From contig OZ025668.1 of NCBI GenBank assembly GCA_964019335.1, positions 558,001 through 622,000 on the forward strand: a stretch of DNA of 64,000 nucleotides, read 5' to 3'. The DNA comes from Diplonema japonicum (Eukaryota; Protista; Euglenozoa: Diplonemea). The notes under the pieces are model-generated. The model did no database searches, had not been told where the DNA came from, and worked only from the letters and a program-made list of their open reading frames with translations. The position numbers and the translations under genes are program-made. This document shows positions 36,599 to 46,520 of this stretch, piece after piece. Positions within the stretch are counted from its first letter, which is position 1. Each line of letters opens with the position of its first letter.

Positions 36599-39092
36599 TC
36601 ATGGCTCACCGCTTCTCGGTGACGGCGGGTCTGATATGGACTCTTGCGTCCGAAGGAGATTTTCATCAGTTTGGTTTGTAGGAGTGGGAACACGGGGGGA
36701 CGGGAAGAGTAGCGGGGAAGGCGGCGGCCGTAAGGACTGTTTCACATGAGAGTTGTTAACAGGCAAGCGTGCAAACCGCCGAATGGACTGCGGCACCATC
36801 CAGGGACCGGGCGACTCGGTAACAGCTTCTCTGAAGTGAGCACAGCCAACCAACGGGACGCTGTTCTCGATTGCAGAACAGCACCCTTGCCGCGATTTGC
36901 TTATCACCTCTCCCGTCACAGCAAAACACAGCCTCCCTCCAGCCCCAAGATTCCCTATCACAGCAGGCCCTGCACTGATTCCAACATGCACTGCTTCATG
37001 CTTCAACCTGTTCAGCACAGACCCTGCACAAGCATAGGCATCGCTAGCAGGGTTCTTTGATGCTTTTGCCGCTCCGAACGTCACGACCACCTCGTAGCCT
37101 GTGTCGAAGGTGTGGATCACACCCCTGTAGCTCTTAGCCTCTATGAACACGGTGGACAGGAAGGCGTTAGTGGTGGATACGATGTCCTGCGCTTCGGAGG
37201 TGACGGGGTCCACTGACGGGTTCAGCTTTATAGTCAAGGCCTGTGGTCATTGTTCAATACAATTCCTGTTCACATACCGCGATGTAACGCTTCATGAGAT
37301 CAAGTGGCAGCAACGGCGGCCCTGTCAGCACGATGGCAGGGGGCTCCAAAGCCAAGCAGTCAGCATCAGCCCCCAGCACGACTATGTCGGACGTGTCGAG
37401 CTCGCGGTCGTTGCTGTGCCCTCTGTCGGGCGAGATGGACGGCGCAGCAAGAGGCTGCGGGTTGTCATCAAACATTGCGTCTGGCAGATACGGGCGGTAC
37501 AGACGCAGGTTCTCCACCAATGTCGAGAAGGCCTGACACAGCTCTGCGTTCTCCGGACAGGGGTCCGCGATCATCTTCGTTGCATCATCCAGGTCGAATT
37601 TTGCCAGGGCCCCTGCCACAGCATTCGCCAGCTGCACACCCTTCTTCATCGCTTCATGTTGCCGTGACACTGTGTGGAACTCGATCGCCGCCTTGAAGCT
37701 CCCCACCAGCTCGAAGAGCGAACTCATAGCACTCACGATGATGACAGCACGCTCCTCAGGCGGCCTATCTTCCGTCACTAGCAGCACGCCATCCAGCACG
37801 AGCATAGGCATGTCCAACGACACTGCTTTCACGACATTCACCACAACTCGCAAGAGTGAATCCTCGCCCAGAACAGTGTACAGGTTCACAATGAACATGA
37901 GGAGGTTCAGCGCAGCTAGCGTGAAGTAGATGGCACCTAGAGTGCTTTCCACACCGATTAGCGCCGACGTTGCGAAGTCAGTGACAATGTCCCAAGTGTG
38001 AAGCATTCGGAACAACATGTTGATAGCGAAGGTGCGTGTTAGCACCGACCACCCTTTCACCATCACTATGATGCCGGGCCCGAGGATGAAACAAGGAAGA
38101 CCAATGATGCCCCACCACACGCCGACGGAGCCCATCGTTATCCCAACGCTCGCGAAGGTCAATGCCGCAGTGATGGGCGCTATGGCGTTCGAGAGCTTCG
38201 ACTGCTGCACTGCACACAGTGCGTTATGAATGGAGCACATCAGCTGCATCATGACCAAGATATCCACGATGCCCAGCCATGTTATTGCAAGTGCTCTGTG
38301 CCTGAAAGTCTCGTGCAACGTACACTTGGCTATAAGCCCCCCCAGTGCCTCGGAGTCGCGGCACACCAGCACAATGTTCGTTAACAGCAACCACGTCACC
38401 GTCCGCAGCACTGCTGTCCACAGATACCCCCCAGTAGAGGCATATCCCATTGTTCACCTGTATGTATATTAAAGTCCTCTCATTACCGATTGAAAAATAA
38501 ATCCCTTCCTTGCAGCAAAGCAGAGGAAGCCTCACTCGTATAGAAACACCTGCAACAGCTTCGAGGGTGCGTAGATGCTCAGGACGTACGTAGCTATCAG
38601 AGGGAGCCAAAAGGCTATGAGGGCACCTCTGAACTCATCGTCTGACAAGCTAACACCGCTACTTACAGGTGCCTTTGCCGGAGTCTCTACGGGGCTCCCG
38701 ACAGGTGTGTCGTTTGCGACCGGAGAATAGGACTCGTGGGGTGTCATGTTGGCAGGGGCCTCAGGTGACCACACAGGCGTCTCACTGATGGGGGCTTCCA
38801 CAGGAGCTTCCCGAGGCGTCTGCTCTGGTGCTACAGGGGTCTCTTCTGGAATGTAATGAGGTGTCATATTAGCAGGGGGCCCTGCAGGCGGAAGAATACT
38901 AGGGGGCTCTAGCGGTTCAGCGGGAGGGGACCGAGGTGGTTCAACGGGAGGGGGCGTGAAGCAGATGAAATCATCATCGACCAGTGTGCATGGACACGAC
39001 TTATGACAATCCCTTATTACCTTACAAGGTTCACCACAACGCTGCTCCACACCTACAACAAGAGCCACATGGAGCAAGCTCGCAAACATCAT
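36599..39092 (-). CDS. Signal peptide + Pro/Glu-rich stalk + multi-TM + degenerate class III nucleotidyl cyclase; intron 37241-37277; junction at ~38450-38550 unresolved (could be two genes)
   Basis: LRLYRPYLP motif, VHVGISAGPAVIGNLG..FAVTGE cyclase strands; the 37-nt GTATGT..CACAG intron joins ORFs 37254-38450 and 36599-37237. Confidence 0.75.
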
Positions 39093-39164
39093 TTTGTGTA
39101 AACAGCCCAACCCATCAACTCATGCCTGTGGTGGTGCTGTTTGCTTTAGATGTAAGTTGCCTTC

Positions 39165-41270
39165 CCACCCACCCCTTTCTCGTGCTGACCGTTAGTTGCC
39201 GTTCTCATCAGTGGGAAGTCAGATGTAGTTCTCACTCATCCCCAAAAGGGTATGAAAAAAATGAACAATTGTAGGTTATCGTTGTCATCATAAAAATAAG
39301 AGTGGCCTACCCCAGTCTCGGTGTCTGTGATGCACCCTCATGTGGCATTTCAGGCCGAAAGAAGGCCTAATTTCCACCTGATGTCTCTTGCACCGCTTGT
39401 GCCTGCCCTCTCAGCTCCCACCCTTTGAACAATCCCAGCCATGTTCTTTCTCCCAACCGTTTAGGGGTTGTCAGGTGCACTGGGAGCACCGCAACCAGGA
39501 CACAGTTGGTGACAATTCAACACCTTCCCACATCTCGGGTTGTGTCGCTTCTCCTGCTCGCTCATCTTGTCAGGTGAATTTGCCTTTCTCAGCACTGAAG
39601 CCTTTCGAGGAAGGTCTAGGTCCGGACTCTGATCCAGGTGGCTGTCACAGGGGATTCGATGTGTCTAATTTCCACCTGATCCAAATTCTCGACTCTCCAA
39701 ACATCTCCCAGTTGCGTAGGGGTGCTCCTTTTGATGTGTTCAAAATAACGGGCGCCAGGGAAGCTCTTGGTGAAGGTACTCTTCACTCGAATCTTGAATG
39801 TGTTGCTTCCAGTGTGCAGGTAAGGATTAACCGCACTTGGTGATCAACATCCTTGTCTCTTTTCTCTTTTTTTTTTTCGTGTCTGGGCCCCACCTTAACA
39901 CTTGCCGCCTACAAGTGGTGGCCAGGCAAGCTGACTCGGGTGCCGTGCTGTCTAATTACAAGCCTGCACAGTCTCGGTGTCTGTGATGCACCCTCATGTG
40001 GCATTTCAAGCCGAAAGAAGGCCTAATTTCCACCTGATGCCCTCTTAGCTCTTGATTGTCACCCTTTCCGCCACCAGCCGTTCTAGTTCGGTCACCCTAC
40101 AGTGCCACCATTGCTGCACCGGGGCCAGTACCACCAAGCACCTTTTAAAACAAACCCCAGCCATGTTCTTTCTCCCAACCGTTTAGGGGTTGTCAGGTGC
40201 ACTGGGAGCACCGCAACCAGGACACAGTTGGTGACAATTAACGAGGAAGGCCGGTAGCTCTCTCACGGTTGTCTGGACCCATGACTTGATCCAGGTGGCT
40301 GTCACAGGGGATTCGATGTGATGTCTAATACAACTAAGCCTGCACTGTCTCGGTGTCTGTGATGCACCCTCATGTGGCATTTCAGGCCGAAAGAGGGCCT
40401 AATTTCCACCTGATCCATATTCTTGACTCTCCAAACATCTCCCAGTTGCGTAGGGGTGCTCCTTTTGATTTGTTCAAAGTAACGGGCGCCAGGGAAGCTC
40501 TTGGTGAGGTACTTTTTGTCGTTCATCACATTCTACTCTCGAATCTTGAATGTGTTGCTTCCAGTGTGCAGGTAACGATTAACCGCACTTGGTGATCAAC
40601 ATCCTTGTTTCTTTTCTTCTTCTTTTTTTTTTTTCAGTGGGTGTCTGGGCCCCACCTTAACACTTGCCGCCTACAAGTGGTGGCCAGGCAAGCTGACTCG
40701 GGTGCCGTGCTCAGGAACCAAGGACACAGTTGACACATCCACATCTCGGGGAAAAGATCTCCTGCGAAGGAAGATGTGAAGCTCCCTTCCAGGGTTGTAA
40801 TGCCCCTCCAGTCATGTCGCTTCTCCTGCTCGCTCATCTTGTCAGGTGAATTTGCCTTTCTCAGCACTGAAGCCTTTCGAGGAAGGTCTAGGTCCGGACT
40901 CGGAGGGCTTTTGCCTTCCCCCCACCCACCCCCTTTCTCGTGCTGACCATTAGTTGCCGTTCTCATCAGTGGGAAGTCAGATGTAATTCTCACTCATCCC
41001 CAAAAGGGTATGAAAAAATGAACAATTGTAGGTTATCGTTGTCATCATTAAGAGTGGCTGATCTCGCAGGTTGCAGACCTCCATTTTGATTTGTTCAAAA
41101 GGATGAAATGTTTAATTCTAGTTCGGTGTTAATCACCCTACGGTGCCACCATTGCTGCACCGGGGCCAGTACCACCAAGCATGCCATTTATAACAAACCG
41201 GTTCTGGGGGAAAGATCTTTCTGGTTTTTGGGAAGACGAAGACTTGCCACCAGGGGTTGCGATACCCTGT
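39165..41270 (-). ncRNA. Intergenic polycistronic snoRNA cluster (AGA-box single-hairpin guides plus box C/D RNA)
   Basis: Same modules as in the cyclin introns but in a different order; each folds on the minus strand as stem-pocket-stem with AGA 14-16 nt from the pocket; C/D copies at 39204-39292 and ~40962-41052. Confidence 0.85.
41202..41268 (-). ncRNA. Divergent paralog of AGA-box guide A
   Basis: Keeps pocket arms (atcgcaac / agatcttt), G/C lower stem and AGA while the upper stem is replaced. Confidence 0.75.
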
Positions 41271-41392
41271 TCTCGTTGCGATAAATTGGTACACACAAAA
41301 TAAAAAAATAAGAAAAAAAAGGGGGGGGACTATTTTTTTCTTTTTTTTCTTTTAAAAAGGTGCTCCTTCGGTTCCACTCGCGTCCCCTGTGC

Positions 41393-42313
41393 TTACTTCT
41401 GATCTGACGGGCGGTACAACGTGTAAGGATACCGGAGGGGTGGGGGTGGTTTCAAGCCGCCGCATTCGCAGAGGCGGAGTTCTTCTTCCTCTTCTTCTTC
41501 CTCCTCCTCTTCTTCATCTGATTCTTCCTGTTCCTCTTTTTTAACTATTGCAGAAGCAGCTGCAGGGGGTCCTTGCCACGAAGCGAGTTTATGCAAATTG
41601 TACTCACGATGCTCTTGGTACTGGTCTATGATGCCAAGACACGCTGTGGTCTTGATAATGGTGATGATGATGGCAAGGGATGGTTTTTTAAGGTCGACGA
41701 TGGTCCTGTCAGCTCGCATGTGTTTGGCAATTGAGTCGTAGATAATGTTGCGGTCTAGGATAGGGTTAGAACAGATCTTCTTGGCCCAGATAATGGAGTA
41801 GGAGAGGAGCCCGATGGGGCCTTGGGCGTCCGACGCCTCTGTGACGTAAGGTTTCAGTTCTCGCTCGATGGCTTCGGGGTGTGCGTTGATGGTGGTGATG
41901 ATGGGTTGCATCTTGTAGACGAACCGTGTCTCTTGCTTCCCTGTTTTGAGGATGCCCCCCGCGATTTGTTTCACAGCCTCACGTGGGTCGATATCGACGC
42001 CGTCCTTGAACTTGTACATTATCCATCCCTTGCAAGGTGTGTCAATGGCAACCCCAATATCGTCAGTCGGGCTTTTCTGTTGCAAGCCCTGTTCCAGCAT
42101 CTTGGATATGCTTAGGTTAGCATCCATGCCTGTTTCGGCATCTTTCTTAACGTGTCGTGCTACTAGTGATTTGATCTCCTTGACGGCCTGCCCTGCTTTG
42201 AAGGGATCGCTTGTGAACAGAATCCCGCGGAGCCCCGGACCGAAGCTGCTTCCTCCTCCATAGTTCCCACGCTTGCCCCCGTTGGCACCCCCTTCCCACG
42301 GTCGCTTCCCCAT
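41393..42313 (-). CDS. THUMPD1: THUMP-domain protein 1 (Tan1-like tRNA acetylation adaptor)
   Basis: GILFTSD..AVKEI, DTPCKG, TRFVYKMQPI, VDLKKPSLAIIITIIK..CLGI..YNL, acidic tail. Confidence 0.85.
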   Translation of the reverse strand: MGKRPWEGGANGGKRGNYGGGSSFGPGLRGILFTSDPFKAGQAVKEIKSLVARHVKKDAETGMDANLSISKMLEQGLQQKSPTDDIGVAIDTPCKGWIMYKFKDGVDIDPREAVKQIAGGILKTGKQETRFVYKMQPIITTINAHPEAIERELKPYVTEASDAQGPIGLLSYSIIWAKKICSNPILDRNIIYDSIAKHMRADRTIVDLKKPSLAIIITIIKTTACLGIIDQYQEHREYNLHKLASWQGPPAAASAIVKKEEQEESDEEEEEEEEEEEELRLCECGGLKPPPPLRYPYTLYRPSDQK

Positions 42314-43436
42314 TGTTGGTATTTTTTTCTTCTCTTCTCCCCCCCCTTTTTTTTCGAGCCCGGTTCGCTAGGTTTTTGCGTTTCAATTAAGTCTACCGCA
42401 AAGTTCTGCCTTGGACACTTGCCCTCCTTTACTTCAGGACTTTCAGCTGCAAGGGAGGGGACAAACAAGAGGTTCCCTTAGTTGGAACGGCGTGAACTTG
42501 CAGAGGCAAGAGAAAAAAAAGAGAAAAAAAGTGGGGGGGGGAGGGGGGGGAACCATAGCACCATAACAAAACGGGGGGGAGGGGAACGTGACGTTGAAAA
42601 CTTTCTTAATTTTTTAAAACAACGAAGGAAAAAAAAAAAAAAACCATTCAAAGGGGTAGGGGAGGGGAAGAGAAAAAAAAAGAAGAAAGAAACACACACA
42701 TTGTAAGTTATCACTTCCCCCCCCCCCCCCCCCCTCCCTCTTTATACTCTGCCTCTCCTTAGCACTCCCGTGAACTTAAAAACGGGGAAAGGGCGGCTTG
42801 TTTTTATTTTTTTATTCACCCCCCCCCCCCCTCACTCTTCTGAAACACTTCATGCACTCGGGGGGGTTCACTTTCACGGTGAAGACAATCGTCAAAGTGA
42901 TACAGGGATACATAAAGTGCAATAGCTGAGAGGAAGTCAGTTCTTCTCTAAAAAACTGCCCACATTTCAAAGTACAAGGTTAGGACTTTGTGTCCCTCGT
43001 GATGAAGTGATTTCAGAGTGTCGCGAAAAAAACCACTTACCTACCGCCAAGTAACGGCTATGCCGTGGGGGTAATGGTAAATAGTTGTATTCCCCTTCTT
43101 TTTCTTCTTCTTCTTCTTTTTTTTTTTTTTTTTCGTTCAATTTATTTTTTATTGTTACTTCTACAACGAGAGACAAAAAAAAAAAAAAAAAAAAAAAGGA
43201 ATCACCGCGACGAGAAGACGCCCCACAGGACCGCCTGCACATTACAGATCTTTTCATGTTCTCTCTCTACTGCTCTAAAAAAAAAGGTGGGTGGGGGAAG
43301 GGAGTTGTGTAAATAACAAGTTTTTTTTTTTTTTTCCTTTTTTTTTTTTGGAGGGTTCAACTTCCCCGTTTCAAGAAGGCATCTTTTTCAATTATCTCCA
43401 CTGGTTAGCCCCCCAAAAAAAAAGAGAATCGTTCGC

Positions 43437-44948
43437 TTAAATATTCATCTGCTGCTTGATAACAGGTTGATGATACGCCGCAGGTGTGTAAGGCTGGTAA
43501 TCATGAGCAGCATACGTATGAGGCTGCTTAGCAAAGGTGGTGACCTGCGGTGGGGGAGGGAGGGGGTTCTGCGTCTTGAATTCCTCGACACGTTCATCCA
43601 GCTTGTCTCCCACCTCGCGCTCTCCAGAAGGATCCACAGTACCGCCCTCTCGTACCTCCCCGTACACAAAATGCACGTCTTTCAACTCTGCCAGACTTTC
43701 TTTGCTGAAATCGGAGAAATCGACTGTTTTAACGTCCCTGTACCTCTTGTAGACAGAGGACATTGGGAGGAACCTGATTAGAAGTCGTTCCACGAGAAAT
43801 TTTGCGATCGAGAACAAACCCGTTGCTATCATCAGCGTTTTCATCAGTTCGGCGAACGAAAATATGGCCACGTAACCCGCAGGCACGATCACCATGCGGA
43901 TTCCATGCCTCTTCCACACACTCCTCTTGACGTAGCCCGGGCGTGTTGTCTCGAAGAACGACTCCTCATACATGTACTCCACACCTTTCAAAGAGAACGT
44001 TCTGTACGCATATTGAAGCTCTGTGTCGATGCCTGTCCCATCGTACGAGACAATGACGAGGATCACAATGCCGTCGTACCTTAGGGTGTCGTTGGAAGAG
44101 ATTTTTGTGTTTAATGTTGTGATTCCAGTTGCTTGGAGAAGCTGCCGCACTGTGAAGATGTCACCTGGTCTTGACCGGTCTGCTTCAGTGCATGGTTTGT
44201 CCACATCCGGCTGGCTCATCCCCGGAGGGGTCCCGCCGCAGAACGACGCCCATGCGTTGCCATTGTTGTCTTCAAAGACTCCTCTATGCATGTCTTGTCC
44301 CATTACAATTGTTTTCGACTCCCGCCCATAGACACCGTGGTCTATCATGATGGTCATGTCTTCGATGCCTTGTGTGTAGTACGGTGTTACGCGTTGTACT
44401 TGCCATGGGGCGCATGCGTTGCTGCTTTTGTTGAGCCTGCATTGTGATGGGAGTTCTTGGTATTCGGTTACTTTAACCCGTGAAGTGATGAGAACCGAGT
44501 ACTCCTCAGTAGGGGGTTTTATGGTGTTGTGTCTGTCCCAGTTAACGCATTCTAACATGCCTGTGTCGGAGCCGAATGCGTTGAGGGAGGTGATGGGGTT
44601 CCATGTGCAGCCTGTTGTGGTAGTGCATGTTGATTCTGTGGTCTGTGCGGGGCATTGTGATGCGCCGGTGCAGGTTCCTCCGCAGCCCAATGAAGGGCAG
44701 CAGTGTGTCGCGACCTCCGTGGAGTCGCCTCGGCGTACTGAAACCGTTGCGAACCCGACCGGTTCGTCCTTGATCAGATACCCCTTCTGCAGGATCACCT
44801 CGTAGATCACGACGTACACGAACAGCGCGATCATGATCAAGATACGCGCCATGCCAAGCTTCCTGTCCCGGATGACCACACGGCGCGGGGTTTTGTAGGC
44901 AAACAGATCATCGGCATCGACATCAAGAACCTTTTGCACGAATTTCAT
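43437..44948 (-). CDS. P2X receptor-like ion channel
   Basis: FAYKTPR (YxTxK/R) ..IRDRKLG, TM1 then KGY, GDIFTV..LL..G, LRYDG, KRHGIR..G..FSF then TM2. Confidence 0.88.
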   Translation of the reverse strand: MKFVQKVLDVDADDLFAYKTPRRVVIRDRKLGMARILIMIALFVYVVIYEVILQKGYLIKDEPVGFATVSVRRGDSTEVATHCCPSLGCGGTCTGASQCPAQTTESTCTTTTGCTWNPITSLNAFGSDTGMLECVNWDRHNTIKPPTEEYSVLITSRVKVTEYQELPSQCRLNKSSNACAPWQVQRVTPYYTQGIEDMTIMIDHGVYGRESKTIVMGQDMHRGVFEDNNGNAWASFCGGTPPGMSQPDVDKPCTEADRSRPGDIFTVRQLLQATGITTLNTKISSNDTLRYDGIVILVIVSYDGTGIDTELQYAYRTFSLKGVEYMYEESFFETTRPGYVKRSVWKRHGIRMVIVPAGYVAIFSFAELMKTLMIATGLFSIAKFLVERLLIRFLPMSSVYKRYRDVKTVDFSDFSKESLAELKDVHFVYGEVREGGTVDPSGEREVGDKLDERVEEFKTQNPLPPPPQVTTFAKQPHTYAAHDYQPYTPAAYHQPVIKQQMNI

Positions 44949-45081
44949 ATTTTTCTTTTATTTTGAGGGAGGGTCCACGCCCCTTTCTAGAAGGATTTTG
45001 AGGAGGGGGAAGAAACAAAACTTTTTTTTTTTCCAAGGTTTAATTAAAAAAAAGAAAAAAAAAGAAAACCTCCATCCCCCT

Positions 45082-46092
45082 TCAACGCATCTCATCACCC
45101 GGCCCCTCTTCATCGTCTTCGCCGTCCAGGTACCACGTTGTAACAGCGCAGCGTGTTTTCCATGTTGGGGCGACTTCATGGGGGCATCGCTGGTCAGACC
45201 AGAAAAGGAGAAGACGGCTCTTCAAAGGGGCAATGTCAGTGAACCGTGATTCTTCCTCCGTGGCTTGGTAAGGAGTCCCGATCCGTATGTGGCCACCGTC
45301 GTCAGGAGCCCAACCATCGTTCAGATACAAAATGGCGGTCATCTTGCGGGTGTTGCATGCTGTGTTGTCATAGTGCTTAACATAGTGTCCCCCTGTGCCG
45401 GGGTAAATACTGCACATCATTTTGCTGCGGTGCTTCACTTTCCACCCGTACGGCTTCCCGACAGCCGCATCGAGAAAAACGGCGATCTTCTGAATGAAGA
45501 CATCAAGATGCTCTAGGTACGCGCTACAGGCAGGTACGTCCTCTTCCCCTTCTTCCTTCCACGCAACGAAATCCGATCGCAGTGTGGTGGCAGGCTCGTC
45601 TGACCGAAACAGTGCCCCTGGGGACATCTGGTCCTTGGCGCTCAATGCGTATATTTCTTCCCTCATCGCCCTGCAGCCCTCGTTGGTGTGGAAATCATCG
45701 AGGACACAGAAGTTGTTTTCCAGTAGTTGTCTTGAAACGTATGCGTACTCCGGCACCCCTTGCTCCATTGCGGCTTCAAGGTATTTCTTGCAGCATTGTG
45801 TTGGTCCAGACAGCTCTTCGGCACCCGGGCCCTGGATGTCCTTCCCCAGAAGCCAATGGTTTTCCCATATTCTTTTGTTTTGAACTTTGCCTACTTGGAT
45901 CCCCTTGGCCTTCGCCACCCCTTGCTCGTACTGAAAACCCTTCGCGCGCTCCTCGCAGATTGCCTTCAAACACCGCTCTCTCTGTGCCTCCAGCACTTCG
46001 AGGTTTTTTCTGATGCCCTTCTCGGTTTGCATCGCACTGTTCAGCAGTACTGCTATCTCGTTGATGCCATCAGATGCTACCTCCAGCGACAT
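45082..46092 (-). CDS. EGLN/PHD-like 2OG-Fe(II) prolyl hydroxylase
   Basis: LRSD..W, YPG.G..YVKHYDN (HxD), TAILYLN..W..GG, FWSDQRCPHEV, R.AVTTWY; start uncertain. Confidence 0.88.
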   Translation of the reverse strand: MSLEVASDGINEIAVLLNSAMQTEKGIRKNLEVLEAQRERCLKAICEERAKGFQYEQGVAKAKGIQVGKVQNKRIWENHWLLGKDIQGPGAEELSGPTQCCKKYLEAAMEQGVPEYAYVSRQLLENNFCVLDDFHTNEGCRAMREEIYALSAKDQMSPGALFRSDEPATTLRSDFVAWKEEGEEDVPACSAYLEHLDVFIQKIAVFLDAAVGKPYGWKVKHRSKMMCSIYPGTGGHYVKHYDNTACNTRKMTAILYLNDGWAPDDGGHIRIGTPYQATEEESRFTDIAPLKSRLLLFWSDQRCPHEVAPTWKTRCAVTTWYLDGEDDEEGPGDEMR

Positions 46093-46520
46093 CCCTGCCG
46101 TGGTGGGTGCCTGAGTGGGGTAAAGGGGAATAAAGCGCAACCATTAACAAGTTGGGTGGTGAACTTCGCACACACGACAAAGAAACCAGGGAAGGGGGGG
46201 GGGGGTAAAAGAATAAGATTGGGTTGCAAAGGAGGGCGGGGGGAAAGAACACACTTCCAGAAAAAATAAAAAATAGGGGGAAAACAGCAAAAAAAGAAAA
46301 AAAAAAAGTTGTCTCGATTTTAGTGGTGCCATGCAGTATGTGACACAGCGGCCACCCTTGTGAAACTTTAAAAAAAAAAAAAAAAAGAAAAGAAAAAAAA
46401 AAAAAAAAGACAAAACGAATCGTAACCTCTCCATTTTTTCCTCTTCTTTGTTTTCTCCATTTTTTTTTTTCCTACTTGGGCCGTTCAACAGGGGGAGGGG
46501 AGGGGAGGGAAATATGCCAC

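Noticed and set aside
39170-39215. CTGATGA..GAAA on the minus strand as a hammerhead ribozyme (Penelope-like repeat)
   Set aside because: Stems II/III do not form. The CTGA is better explained as box D, and intron-terminal copies stop right after it
41130-41175. Resemblance to the ingi/L1Tc 5' signature (GGTGCCA..GGGCCAGTACC)
   Set aside because: Only a short patchy match; the segment folds as AGA guide I on the other strand
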